Both the position numbers and the translations under genes were made by a program. From a virus (taxonomy: Duplodnaviria; Caudoviricetes), in IMG/VR virus record IMGVR_UViG_3300020042_009326, positions 1-46,293 of that record: a stretch of 46,293 nucleotides of DNA, one strand, 5' to 3'. Under the pieces are notes generated by a model. That model saw only the letters and a list, made by a program, of their open reading frames with translations, searched no databases and was not told where the DNA came from. This document shows positions 35,954-45,158 of this stretch, piece after piece (the stretch's first letter is position 1; each line of letters opens with the position of its first letter).

Positions 35954-36186
35954 TATCGGAACCCTGCTGTTTTCTTTGCTATGGTTTTAGGTTGTTTTAC
36001 AAACTGTTTTCCCGCTGCTTTCCCGGCGCGCTTGGCTCTGGTTGTCGCTGCGTACTCAGCCGGGCTAAGGCTCTTGATTGCGGCCTCAGGTAGGTACCTC
36101 TCCCCCGTCTTGCTCGACGGTTTACCGGATTTGGTGCGCCATTTCTGGTCGCCCCAATTCTTCAGGGACTGTTGCGGCGCTTTCAT
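35953..36186 (-). CDS. small basic protein (DUF5872-like)
   Basis: QQSLKNW..QKWRTKSGKPS...ERYLP. Confidence 0.7.
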   Translation of the reverse strand: MKAPQQSLKNWGDQKWRTKSGKPSSKTGERYLPEAAIKSLSPAEYAATTRAKRAGKAAGKQFVKQPKTIAKKTAGFR

Positions 36187-36187
36187 G

Positions 36188-36424
36188 TCAGTCCCTGTAC
36201 CCGCCACCTGCAGCTTTGTATTTCTTGGCGACCAACTGTGCTTTTCTCGCGGACCACTGCCCTGCGCCCGTGCCCTGCGTGGCAGCAGCCTTGACCTGGC
36301 TCACGATGCGCTTGCGCATCTCGGGCTTGGTGTAGTTGCCCGCCGCATTGACCGTGCCGCCCTCTTTGAACGAGGCAGTCTTGGATTTCTTGGGCAGCGT
36401 TTTGGGTAAGTTCTGTGCTTTCAT
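36188..36424 (-). CDS. small basic protein (DUF5872-associated)
   Basis: NYTKP.MRKRI and GQWSARKAQL....YK..GGGYR. Confidence 0.75.
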   Translation of the reverse strand: MKAQNLPKTLPKKSKTASFKEGGTVNAAGNYTKPEMRKRIVSQVKAAATQGTGAGQWSARKAQLVAKKYKAAGGGYRD

Positions 36425-36432
36425 TTTTCATC

Positions 36433-36909
36433 CTAAGACAGGAACAGGGCACGTTCGTCATTGCGGCGCTTGACCAACCCCGGCAGAATTTTACCCCCGC
36501 CCCTCGTAAATTTCAAGAACTCGTCGGCAGCTTCTTGCGTCTCGCCCCGAAGCATCTTCTGACGGAGGGTGCTTCGCTGTACGCCCCCCAAACCCAAATT
36601 AAAGCTAAAGCTGACAAGAGCATCATTTTGACCTTGGGTAAGCACCATAGGAAAAAGTCGGGCGACCCCAACCTCAAATCGCTGGAGATCAAAAGCAAGG
36701 GTTCCATCTACTTCGTCTTTTGAAAAAGTACGGTTGTCATGCGGCTCCAACGGGTAAGCGTCTCTCTGATCCAGTGGTAAACGACCTTGATCTGCGTATA
36801 AAACATGTCCGACTCCTACAGTCCAAAGTTTTGCGGGGCAACGATACGGCTTGTACCGAACGCCTTCATGGTGTTTGATCATCTCTTTGCAACGATCAGA
36901 AACTTTCAA
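36433..36909 (-). CDS. endolysin, GH24 lysozyme
   Basis: HEG.R..PY.C....WTVGVGH, DALVSFSFNLG and LPGLVKRR..E. Confidence 0.93.
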   Translation of the reverse strand: MKVSDRCKEMIKHHEGVRYKPYRCPAKLWTVGVGHVLYADQGRLPLDQRDAYPLEPHDNRTFSKDEVDGTLAFDLQRFEVGVARLFPMVLTQGQNDALVSFSFNLGLGGVQRSTLRQKMLRGETQEAADEFLKFTRGGGKILPGLVKRRNDERALFLS

Positions 36910-37397
36910 TCTTTTCCACCTTTAAACGCTCGTCCACCAAAATGAAAACTAATAATAGATGCAAAGATGATCTGAGTGTCGGCGTCCCACAGTTTTGCAA
37001 TCAGCACATCAAAGGCAATGTCCCGATGCCACGCATAAATAAAGCCGCCGACTTCAACAAACGCAAACAGGGCGAAGAACCCATACGTCAGTATCGGGCG
37101 CACACCAGAGCGCAGGTTGACCATCCACTGTGATGCACCCTGTCCTATGGCTATGTCGTGTGCGTAGAGCGCGGCCCGTTCTGATGCCTCGGCTTCGATG
37201 GCTTGGCCCTCTACTTTGATCTCCTCCACCCGCTGCTGGGCCTCAAACCCGGCTTTGCGTAGTTCCAGTTCGCGCTCAATCTGAAGTTGTGCCATCGCCA
37301 TCTCATGCTTCTTGTCTGCCCTGTCCTGAAAGAAACCCAGCAGCTTGGGCAGGCCACCAGCAAGAAAGGAGATCAGGGTTGAGAGTAGGGTTAGCAT
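36906..37397 (-). CDS. holin-like membrane protein
   Basis: D.KHE, SGVRP..TY and IISF.FG.R; several TM segments; adjacent to the endolysin. Confidence 0.65.
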   Translation of the reverse strand: MLTLLSTLISFLAGGLPKLLGFFQDRADKKHEMAMAQLQIERELELRKAGFEAQQRVEEIKVEGQAIEAEASERAALYAHDIAIGQGASQWMVNLRSGVRPILTYGFFALFAFVEVGGFIYAWHRDIAFDVLIAKLWDADTQIIFASIISFHFGGRAFKGGKD

Positions 37398-37615
37398 TTC
37401 TTTTCTTCCTCATGGGACAGTTTGACGCCAGCAAGTAAACCAATGAAGCCACCAACAATAGTTTGAAACGCAGGCCCGACCAACTCAAAAATCTTGTTGT
37501 TGTCCACCTTCTCGTCAAACAGTCCCATCAGCATTACACCGGACATTGACAAGACAACGATACACAAGGTCATGCTGACCATCAGGGTAACGAAGAAGGT
37601 GAGCTTGGCTTTCAT
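37391..37615 (-). CDS. 2-TM membrane protein
   Basis: Two hydrophobic helices; PAFQTIVGGFIGLLAG. Confidence 0.75.
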   Translation of the reverse strand: MKAKLTFFVTLMVSMTLCIVVLSMSGVMLMGLFDEKVDNNKIFELVGPAFQTIVGGFIGLLAGVKLSHEEEKKC

Positions 37616-37764
37616 TTGTCTTTGCGGTTGAATATCTCAAACAGCGATTTAACTTTTTCTTCCAGCACGGCGATCTTGATATCCATCTTCGCAAGCACAA
37701 TAATCAATCCAATCAGCGCCAGCAGCATCGGCCAACCTTTCGCCAGTGCTTCGAAGAACTCCAT
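37612..37764 (-). CDS. small membrane protein (50 aa, not in ORF track)
   Basis: MEFFEALAKGWPMLLALIGLIIVLAKMDIKIAVLEEKVKSLFEIFNRKDK. Confidence 0.7.
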   Translation of the reverse strand: MEFFEALAKGWPMLLALIGLIIVLAKMDIKIAVLEEKVKSLFEIFNRKDK

Positions 37765-37766
37765 GA

Positions 37767-37931
37767 TCAACGGAATGTGAGGCTTGCATAAACGATAGCT
37801 GACATACTGACGATAAGCACCCCGGCGGTCTTCATAATCACGCCCTCAAGTCGTTTTAATCGTGCATTTATCTGCGCGTATCGTTCGGCGCAGACCGCTT
37901 CATGGGCAGAGAATTGTGCTTCAAGGTTCAT
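37767..37931 (-). CDS. XhlA-like small membrane protein
   Basis: HEAVCAERY..I..RL.RLE followed by a TM helix. Confidence 0.7.
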   Translation of the reverse strand: MNLEAQFSAHEAVCAERYAQINARLKRLEGVIMKTAGVLIVSMSAIVYASLTFR

Positions 37932-38067
37932 CTTTTGCTTTCGGTACTTGCGCTTCGGCCTGCTCTTTGATTTTGACAATCAGAGGCCACACGCCTGATT
38001 TGCTTGGCAACTCGCCCAAGGTTTGCAGGATGAAGTTGATTTCGTTAACGTCGAGTTCTAGGTTCAT
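37921..38067 (-). CDS. small tail-fibre-associated protein (48 aa, not in ORF track)
   Basis: MNLELDVNEINFILQTLGELPSKSGVWPLIVKIKEQAEAQ; ATGA coupling. Confidence 0.7.
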   Translation of the reverse strand: MNLELDVNEINFILQTLGELPSKSGVWPLIVKIKEQAEAQVPKAKDEP

Positions 38068-38363
38068 GTTGTTGACCAAGGTGTGCCTGTGGCGGTTACG
38101 GGGTTCTTTTGCAATGCAATCTGCTGGGCCAGTGCTGCCTCAACAGCGGTCTTGTCCACGCCTGCTGCGTAGCACCAATCCAAGACCTCTGCCATCGTAA
38201 CGTTGGCATAAGGGATAGTGGGCGTGCCATCAGCCCATGAGCAGGTTGACCAGATGGATGCGGTGTAGCCCTCGTCTACTGCTGTGGCAGTCCAATGTGC
38301 CGTAAAAATGAAACCCGTTGCGGTTTGGTAGTCGGTTTGGGTGATTGTCCAGCTAGTGTTCAT
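38064..38363 (-). CDS. tail-fibre-associated protein
   Basis: W.I, HW.ATA.D, PY...T..EVL.W and G.PW motifs; follows the fibre gene. Confidence 0.75.
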   Translation of the reverse strand: MNTSWTITQTDYQTATGFIFTAHWTATAVDEGYTASIWSTCSWADGTPTIPYANVTMAEVLDWCYAAGVDKTAVEAALAQQIALQKNPVTATGTPWSTT

Positions 38364-38377
38364 GGTAATCCTTTGGG

Positions 38378-40912
38378 TTAAGCGATGCCTGCTGCTGCAA
38401 GGCGTTTACGAAGGTCTTGGAGTTCAGCTACAAGGTCGGCAATGACTTCAGCAGTACCCGCTTGCATTCCTTGGTAAATAGGTTTTCCTTCAGCGTCCAC
38501 AGCGTCTTTAGTGCCTGTTACGCTGCTTGCATAGACCTCTTGAAATTGGTGCGCCAAGAAACCACGGGTGCGTGCGCCGTTGGAGTTCCATGTGTATTCA
38601 ATAGGTTGGAGGGCGTCAATACGTGCGCCTTGACCGGATATTTCGCCGACAACAGTTTTAAGGCGGTAGTCTGAAGTTTGATTAAACAGAGTTACTGTTT
38701 GGTTGTAGGTAATAGAACCAACGGGAGAACTTGCAGTCCTAAACTCCATAAAGTTTTGAGTACCGCTTGTGCCTTGGTTATAAAGCCGTAGCGGCACGTT
38801 TGCACTAGCTGCAACAGAAATTGAAGATTCGTAACTTCCAGCAGAGCCGCCAAAGATTGAACCAGAACTACCCAAAGTAGAACTCGTAGTCCCCACCAGC
38901 AAGTTACCGCTGGAGTCGATGACTAAACGGTCATTTGTACCTAAACTGCCACCGTCTGCAATCCTAAAGCTGCTGTCAGTGCGGTCTACTCCAATTGTAA
39001 ATTCCTGCACTCCAGTTAATTGCAGCATGATGGCGGCATCATTAGCGCCATTGTCGATAACCTCAACTGTGCGATCTGTTGTTGAGCCTTTGACTGTAAG
39101 TACTTTAAGCGGAGATGTATCCCCAATACCTACATTTCCAGCAAAGTAATTTTTATCATTTGCTCCTGCTTGATATAAGCCATACTTGTTTGTAACGGTA
39201 CTGCCAGTGTAATTGCCAGCTTCAAGATACAGGCCAAATGCGTTTGTAAAGGTTGCCCCGGCTGTTACGTTAGGGCCAGCGTAAAGGTTAAAAAGGTTTG
39301 TTGTAACTGTGTTTGGGTATGTTGGGTTTAGTACAAAACCATACTGATTTGCTCCAGATGTAGTTGCTGCAGTAAAAGCCGCATCAATTAAACGATCTGA
39401 GGTTGTACCTTGGGTTCCAAAGCCAATGCGACCTGCGGAGTCGATACGCATACGTTCTGCGTTGGTTGTTTTAAATGTTATTGGGTTTGCAGAGGGTACT
39501 GAAAGTTGCAATGCGCTACCAGTTATTGAAATAGTATCTTCAATAGTGCCATCATTAAATGTAAGTGTGGGCGTTGCGGAACCCCTTGCTCTGATATTTC
39601 CAACAACATCCAATTTTGCTCCCGGCGTAGCCGTCCCGACACCCACATCCCCGCCAGATGTAAGCGTCAAGCTGGTCGCTGGCGCACTGCCTGAGAAGCT
39701 ATATCCTGTGCCGCTTGTGCCGCCGGTTAGTGAGATGCCTACTCCAAGGGCTAGTGCGGTGGAGGAGAATTCTCCAACTAGCGTTGATGGTGAAACGGTA
39801 TCTACTGCTTGCGTGTAGAAGCGCAGGTTTGTTTCATTGGCTATCGACCACGATCTATCTGTTCGCGTGAACGCAACTTTAGCTGTGTTGCCGTTCTGCG
39901 CCCCACGGATATTGACAAGATTCGCAGGCTCCACTGCACCTGTTACGCCGAGGTTGCCAGATGTGTCCAATGTCATCCGGTTACCCGATAATCCAAAGAA
40001 CGTCAACACATTACTACTTGTAGGCTGATAGATAATCCAATCAGTCCCACTTGTACCGCCCCCAAGATTTATGCCTACCTGCCCCGTACTTTGACTTGCA
40101 CGATTTGAATTAATATATGAGTTACCAGATGCCGGGGCATTAGTTATGCCAGCCGTAGCTGTAATTGCCTTGGCTGCAAGGGTTGTGTTTGCAACAGTCA
40201 GAGTGCCAGTGGCAGCACCAATGTTCACGGCAGTGGCTGCACCAAACGCATTGACCGTTGTGCTGGTTGTGTTGAATACAGCCATCGTCGCGCCGCCAAT
40301 GACTGACGTAGTGAACGTGGGCGAGGTGGCAAACACTAGTGCGCCAGAGCCTGTTTCGTCAGTAACGGCGGCGGCAAGGTTGGCAGAGGACGGTGTACCC
40401 AGCCAAGTTGCTACGCCAGTGCCAAAAGATGTGATGCCTGTGCCGCCAGATGCTACGGGGAGGGCAGAACCCAGGGTCAAAGAGGTAAAGTACGAAGCCG
40501 CATCAACGACATTTGTGCCGTTGTTGTAGACCAGCGTTGCCTTGCCCGCAGGGACAGAGATGCCTGTGCCTGTAGTGTTTTTGACCGTCTTGGCCCCAGT
40601 GCCTGTGTTATTGATGAGGTAAAACTTTTCAATCTGGCAACCAGACCCCAGTATCAAGCTACGCACCGAACCCACGCCTGTGGAGCTTTCCGTAATATTT
40701 AAACGTAGGTTTCTGGCCGATTGGGTGGTTGCAGAGTCCGTTAATGTGACCGTTACATCTGCGTCCGTTGGAAAATCTACCGTGGCGGAACCAGTAATAG
40801 CCTCGCCCAAAACAGCATCACCCAAATTGACATTGGTTAACGTGCCCCATGTGCCTGAGTTTGCCCCTGTCTCAAGCAGTTCTATTTTTAGTGCTGACCA
40901 TGTTGATGCCAT
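38378..40912 (-). CDS. tail fibre with C-terminal Peptidase S74 intramolecular chaperone
   Basis: GTWG..TN.N anchor; RMRIDSxG / GNVGIG repeats; TSDYRLK...GFLAH...coiled coil. Confidence 0.9.
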   Translation of the reverse strand: MASTWSALKIELLETGANSGTWGTLTNVNLGDAVLGEAITGSATVDFPTDADVTVTLTDSATTQSARNLRLNITESSTGVGSVRSLILGSGCQIEKFYLINNTGTGAKTVKNTTGTGISVPAGKATLVYNNGTNVVDAASYFTSLTLGSALPVASGGTGITSFGTGVATWLGTPSSANLAAAVTDETGSGALVFATSPTFTTSVIGGATMAVFNTTSTTVNAFGAATAVNIGAATGTLTVANTTLAAKAITATAGITNAPASGNSYINSNRASQSTGQVGINLGGGTSGTDWIIYQPTSSNVLTFFGLSGNRMTLDTSGNLGVTGAVEPANLVNIRGAQNGNTAKVAFTRTDRSWSIANETNLRFYTQAVDTVSPSTLVGEFSSTALALGVGISLTGGTSGTGYSFSGSAPATSLTLTSGGDVGVGTATPGAKLDVVGNIRARGSATPTLTFNDGTIEDTISITGSALQLSVPSANPITFKTTNAERMRIDSAGRIGFGTQGTTSDRLIDAAFTAATTSGANQYGFVLNPTYPNTVTTNLFNLYAGPNVTAGATFTNAFGLYLEAGNYTGSTVTNKYGLYQAGANDKNYFAGNVGIGDTSPLKVLTVKGSTTDRTVEVIDNGANDAAIMLQLTGVQEFTIGVDRTDSSFRIADGGSLGTNDRLVIDSSGNLLVGTTSSTLGSSGSIFGGSAGSYESSISVAASANVPLRLYNQGTSGTQNFMEFRTASSPVGSITYNQTVTLFNQTSDYRLKTVVGEISGQGARIDALQPIEYTWNSNGARTRGFLAHQFQEVYASSVTGTKDAVDAEGKPIYQGMQAGTAEVIADLVAELQDLRKRLAAAGIA

Positions 40913-40921
40913 TTTTTGCCC

Positions 40922-41596
40922 CTACGTTAAAATTTGAACCCAAGTCACGGTGTTTCCGTTATTTACATTTTGCCAGTTAGGCGTCTGGTTGTCATCTACA
41001 GGACTCCAGATAAGCAAATTCCCCACTTGGCCCTGCGCTGAAACCCCGGTAACAAACACGTCTGCATTTGCGGCTACCGTAACGCTGCTCACCGTCCCAA
41101 CCGCCTGCAGCCCTGTAACAGTCACATTCGCACCGGCAGCAGTGACCACTGTTCCCAGGGCCGTGGTCCCTTGCACACCAACCGGGGAGACGTTGGCGTC
41201 GCCCGTGTGAGCAACCGACCCTACCTGCCCAACACCCGCTACCCCAGTGACAACCACGCTCACATCTGCGGTCACCGTGACACTGCCCAGCGCCGTGGTG
41301 CCCTGCACCCCAGTGCCCGTCACGTTGGCATCCCCAACCATGGTGACCTGGCCAACTTGGCCCGTTGCATTTACCCCAGTAACGCTGACGTCCGCATTGG
41401 CGGTAACCGTAACACTACCTACTGACCCTGTGGCCGACAGCCCCGTCAGCGTAACATTAGCTTCTGCTGATATTGTGACGGAGCCAACCGCGCCCGTGCC
41501 CGTGGGAAGAGCAGCGAGGCTCTCGCCCCACGGATCATCCCCCCAGCCTACACCAGACGCATTCCAGCCCTGAAACGCAACAACAGCATCAGCCAC
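40922..41596 (-). CDS. virion structural protein with 20-aa VTGVxATGxVGxVT repeats
   Basis: GWG...WG N-terminus; regular repeats; GTG start behind GGAG. Confidence 0.8.
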   Translation of the reverse strand: MADAVVAFQGWNASGVGWGDDPWGESLAALPTGTGAVGSVTISAEANVTLTGLSATGSVGSVTVTANADVSVTGVNATGQVGQVTMVGDANVTGTGVQGTTALGSVTVTADVSVVVTGVAGVGQVGSVAHTGDANVSPVGVQGTTALGTVVTAAGANVTVTGLQAVGTVSSVTVAANADVFVTGVSAQGQVGNLLIWSPVDDNQTPNWQNVNNGNTVTWVQILT

Positions 41597-41605
41597 CCCT
41601 GCTCC

Positions 41606-42043
41606 TTATGCAATTCTAATAATCGCATTGCTTGCATCAGCAGTGGGGAAGATGATGGTAAAGGTACCGCTGGTGGACGTCTTCGCACCGCCAAAGTCCA
41701 GAACGCAAACGGTGGGGTCGCCCGAAGCCGTGTCGTTGTAAATCAAAGCACCAAAGGCCGTGATGGTCGCACTGGTAAAGGACAGATCAGCAAAGTCCGT
41801 AAACGCAGTGGTCCCAGTGGCTATGGGTGTGACGTTGGTCAACGTGCCGCCGCCCGCCGCATAGGTGCCTGAGTTGGCCACCTCGTTGGTGGCCGTATAG
41901 GCGGTTGTTGCGGCGGTGAACGATGCACTGTTGTCGTACAAAGCCAGTTTGAAGGTGTTGCCCGTGCTGGTCGTGAAGTTATGCACCGCTCGCATCAGCT
42001 CCACTTTAAAGCTGGTGCACATGAAATTTCCTGAGAATGCCAT
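41606..42043 (-). CDS. virion structural protein
   Basis: CTSFK.EL, FKLALY, Y.AGG..L, GALIYN and VLDFGG.KT motifs. Confidence 0.8.
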   Translation of the reverse strand: MAFSGNFMCTSFKVELMRAVHNFTTSTGNTFKLALYDNSASFTAATTAYTATNEVANSGTYAAGGGTLTNVTPIATGTTAFTDFADLSFTSATITAFGALIYNDTASGDPTVCVLDFGGAKTSTSGTFTIIFPTADASNAIIRIA

Positions 42044-42045
42044 TT

Positions 42046-42333
42046 TTAATCTCCTAACAAATGAACTAAGTCTGGGTGACCGGCCTCGCGCAGGCGTGAA
42101 GCAATAGTTGCTCGGTCCTGTTCAACCGCTTCTTTTAAATAAAACGCCACGACTTGCTTGACATTTTCCTTAAAAGCTCGTGCCTGCGCCTGCACCGCCG
42201 GGTGCGACTGGTCCCCGACATAGATGATCTTGTCGGCAGCGCGCATAGCCAGTTCTTCTGGCGTCCAGCCACGCCCTTGCGTGGTTTGAACAAAGACGCT
42301 GCCCATGCCCATGGGTAAAGGTGCGGTCATCAT
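42046..42333 (-). CDS. conserved hypothetical protein
   Basis: TT.GRG.TPEE.A....DKII.V motif. Confidence 0.75.
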   Translation of the reverse strand: MMTAPLPMGMGSVFVQTTQGRGWTPEELAMRAADKIIYVGDQSHPAVQAQARAFKENVKQVVAFYLKEAVEQDRATIASRLREAGHPDLVHLLGD

Positions 42334-42989
42334 GGTCCGGGTGAATCCGATTTAAGTGGAATACGAAGCATGCCATCACGGTACTCGTCACGGCGGCGAC
42401 GGCCCTGCTGCTCTGCGCCCAAGCCCTGAAGCGCCTCTTTGTAGGCACCACGGAAGTACTGCATCATTTCAGCCGGCCCTTTTGTGTAGCTGTAGGCTTG
42501 AATCAAGCAGGCGTACAACAACGCTTCTGGTGCATTGCTGCTGATCCAGGTAGTGGGATTGGCCGACGAGAGCTGTGGTGGGCGGTAGATGTAGCCCAGC
42601 TCTACGCTGTAGTTCTGGTTCGGGGTAGGTGCAATGTAAAACGTGGCCTGGTTCCAGACCGAGTAGTACTTAGGCGTGCCCTGCGTGGTGCCGTTGTCCC
42701 AGTACTCCTTCATAAAAGACGTGTCTCGGAATTCCAAAAACAGCTGGTCCCCACTGGTTGGCGTCAGAATCATGTAGCGATGCGTCAGGAGGTCTGTGGG
42801 AGCAGTCAGGAACTTATTGCCTTGAGTCATGCTGCCCGTGACCTCTAGCTTAAAGACATCCAGGTCAATCTCGCGAAGAATTTGGTTCTCCGCCATGGTG
42901 ATGAAGGTGTCTATCACAGCGCTGGTAAACACGTTGCTGTTTACCTCGGTGTAGTTCCGAATGTTGGTGACAAGTTCGTTGTAGGTCAT
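42330..42989 (-). CDS. tail tubular A / head-tail adaptor
   Basis: MTY.EL...I..Y, FI..AE..I.R, G.PKYY, APTP and LLYA.L..A motifs. Confidence 0.8.
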   Translation of the reverse strand: MTYNELVTNIRNYTEVNSNVFTSAVIDTFITMAENQILREIDLDVFKLEVTGSMTQGNKFLTAPTDLLTHRYMILTPTSGDQLFLEFRDTSFMKEYWDNGTTQGTPKYYSVWNQATFYIAPTPNQNYSVELGYIYRPPQLSSANPTTWISSNAPEALLYACLIQAYSYTKGPAEMMQYFRGAYKEALQGLGAEQQGRRRRDEYRDGMLRIPLKSDSPGP

Positions 42990-43336
42990 GTGATGCTCAC
43001 AGTCACTTTGCCGACAACGCCCTGCGCAATGAGCGCCTGGTCCTGCACATACGGCTGCATGTTAGTGCCGCCCTGCACGCTGCCGTAACTTTGAAAAGCG
43101 GTGAAGCCCGGTGCGCCAACAAAGACGGACACCGGTTCAATGCGATCGGGCCGCGGATCGCGGAGCGCGATGGCGTCGCCCTTGTAGCGAAGCGGCTCGA
43201 GTTGCGGCTCCTTGGGCTCGTAATCGTCCGGGCACACCATAAACCCGCGCCAGTTCTTGCGCAAAATGTTGTACTTGTACCGCTGCCCGCAATAGTCACA
43301 GAGGGCATTAGAAAACTTGCCTGACGCAAAGGCCAT
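42986..43336 (-). CDS. conserved Cys-containing protein
   Basis: ASGK...A.CD.CG.RY, W.G..VC...YEPK.PQL and PRPD motifs. Confidence 0.75.
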   Translation of the reverse strand: MAFASGKFSNALCDYCGQRYKYNILRKNWRGFMVCPDDYEPKEPQLEPLRYKGDAIALRDPRPDRIEPVSVFVGAPGFTAFQSYGSVQGGTNMQPYVQDQALIAQGVVGKVTVSIT

Positions 43337-43337
43337 G

Positions 43338-44003
43338 TCATACCCCCAAGTCCGGTACAAACTGCACGCTGGCAGTGTCTCGGTCTTCCAAAGCAGCGCG
43401 TTGAAAGTCCTCCTCGTAGATCGTCTTGAGCGCTGCAACCCGGTCGGCGGCAAACTTGAGGGCCAGGTAGTAAGCCAGACCCGAAGCCAGGCAAGGCAAG
43501 AACCGGAAGTTTACGTCGGCGGTGTTGGTGTAGTCGCCGGCGTCTTGGATGCGGCGGATGCGGTAGTAGACAAAGGTGTAGTTTTGGTCTGCTGCCGGGT
43601 AGAAATACACCTTTGGGACGTTGGTGCGCTCTACGTAAAACTGAGCAGGGCGAGCCTGCGTGGTCTTGTCAGGGACGTTAAGGTAGTCTTCACGGCTGAT
43701 GCGCTCAATGTAGACGTCCGTGTTGATGCCTTGGTTGTTTTGGCGAATAACCGCCTCCAGCACATTGACCACGTCAGTCGGCAACGAAATGCTGCTGGTC
43801 CCCTGCACCAAGGCAAAAGTGGCCTGCTCAATGGTCCACAGGTTTAACCCACGATTGGCCCAGTCGAGAAACAGCAGGTTGAGCGAGCGGCGTGCCGAAG
43901 AAAGCTGATAGCCGCTTGTGGGCCGCATTCCGCAACGCTCAAATGCCTCTTCGACCAGGTCATCAATCGACAGATCAAATGTGGTGGTGTTTGAGGTTGT
44001 CAT
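43338..44003 (-). CDS. head-tail connector-type virion protein
   Basis: EEAFERCG, ARRSLNL...WANRG.NLW and RFLPCL..GLAYYL motifs. Confidence 0.8.
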   Translation of the reverse strand: MTTSNTTTFDLSIDDLVEEAFERCGMRPTSGYQLSSARRSLNLLFLDWANRGLNLWTIEQATFALVQGTSSISLPTDVVNVLEAVIRQNNQGINTDVYIERISREDYLNVPDKTTQARPAQFYVERTNVPKVYFYPAADQNYTFVYYRIRRIQDAGDYTNTADVNFRFLPCLASGLAYYLALKFAADRVAALKTIYEEDFQRAALEDRDTASVQFVPDLGV

Positions 44004-44671
44004 TTGCTGCTGTACAGGTTGTTAAAGGTCTGCTGTGCGTCCATGTACGAATCATCTTGCTCTGCGCAGTGTGTCCACTGGCTGGGCCTAAAGTCTGGAG
44101 CACCCTCCCCTGTTTGCCAAAACGCAGGGCTGGTGACCCTGACTCGGTTGTTTGGCAACGCCACGATGTTGCCCGTCCACTTGCCCGCATCTGTCAACAT
44201 CAAAACATGACTTTGTTTGTGTTGCGCAGGACAGTCTGCTACCTCGCTCTCCGCATAGTCTACGGTAAACAGGTACCTGCCGGTGTGAAATTCCCCGTCA
44301 ATCTTGCACATCCAGGGGCTAGGACTGGTCCGCGCAAACTTCACTACCGTGTGGTGGTGAGATGGGCAATCCCATGGCTGCGCCAAATGCGTAGGCATAC
44401 GTTCTGGCCACTCCTCCAAAGGAATGTCCCCCACCAGCGCGGTGATGGGCATGCGCGCCCACATCGCTCCCCCGTGCACGTTCTCAGACCCGTCTACATG
44501 GCTTTCACACCCCGTGAACACAAGCTGAAAACTCAAGCAACGGTCCGGCATGACATTGACCGCAATGACGTTTGCGTGCAAATACTCGCCATGGTACTTC
44601 TGGTGCATGTGCGTGAACTCGCGTCTGACCCAGCATTTAAAGTACGGGATGTTGCTGATGAGATAGGACAT
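44000..44671 (-). CDS. conserved hypothetical protein (223 aa)
   Basis: NIP, GAMWAR.P, QPWDC, YLFTVD, HKQSH and PNNR motifs. Confidence 0.8.
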   Translation of the reverse strand: MSYLISNIPYFKCWVRREFTHMHQKYHGEYLHANVIAVNVMPDRCLSFQLVFTGCESHVDGSENVHGGAMWARMPITALVGDIPLEEWPERMPTHLAQPWDCPSHHHTVVKFARTSPSPWMCKIDGEFHTGRYLFTVDYAESEVADCPAQHKQSHVLMLTDAGKWTGNIVALPNNRVRVTSPAFWQTGEGAPDFRPSQWTHCAEQDDSYMDAQQTFNNLYSSK

Positions 44672-44907
44672 TACTTGGCGCGCTTGCCGCCCGCCATCAT
44701 GCCTTTAGACATCTTCTTGGCCGCGCCGCCTGCAGCGTAACCTTTGGACATCATGCCGCCTGCCATCATGCCCTTGCTGGCCATGCCACCCATTTGCATT
44801 TTAGGAATGCCAGTGGTTTTACTTGTCTCAGACAGCATTTTGTTTGCGGGGCCGCTTTCAACAGCACCACCGCCGCGCGTAGCGGCTCCCATTCCACGTC
44901 CAGCCAT
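44671..44907 (-). CDS. small basic Gly/Met-rich protein
   Basis: GRGMGAATRGG and four xxxGG repeats; GGAG RBS. Confidence 0.75.
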   Translation of the reverse strand: MAGRGMGAATRGGGAVESGPANKMLSETSKTTGIPKMQMGGMASKGMMAGGMMSKGYAAGGAAKKMSKGMMAGGKRAK

Positions 44908-44908
44908 A

Positions 44909-45130
44909 TCAAACTCCTTTTTTCATTGCACGGCCCTTGACGTCGGCCGTTTTACGTTTAACAGCGCGACCCATCTTGTCGCCCATGTCAGAATCCTTCA
45001 TCATCTTGCCGTCGGGCATCTTGTGCATGCCCACCGCGCCGCCTTTTTTCATCTTGCCAACGCCGTCGGCTGCAAAAGACGGAACCATCTTGCCGTCCTT
45101 TTTTACCATTTTCATGCTAGATTTTTTCAT
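44909..45130 (-). CDS. small basic Lys/Met-rich protein
   Basis: VP.FAADG.GKMKKGG and HKMPDGKMMK. Confidence 0.75.
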   Translation of the reverse strand: MKKSSMKMVKKDGKMVPSFAADGVGKMKKGGAVGMHKMPDGKMMKDSDMGDKMGRAVKRKTADVKGRAMKKGV

Positions 45131-45158
45131 ACACTTACCCTATTTTTAACGGTTGATC

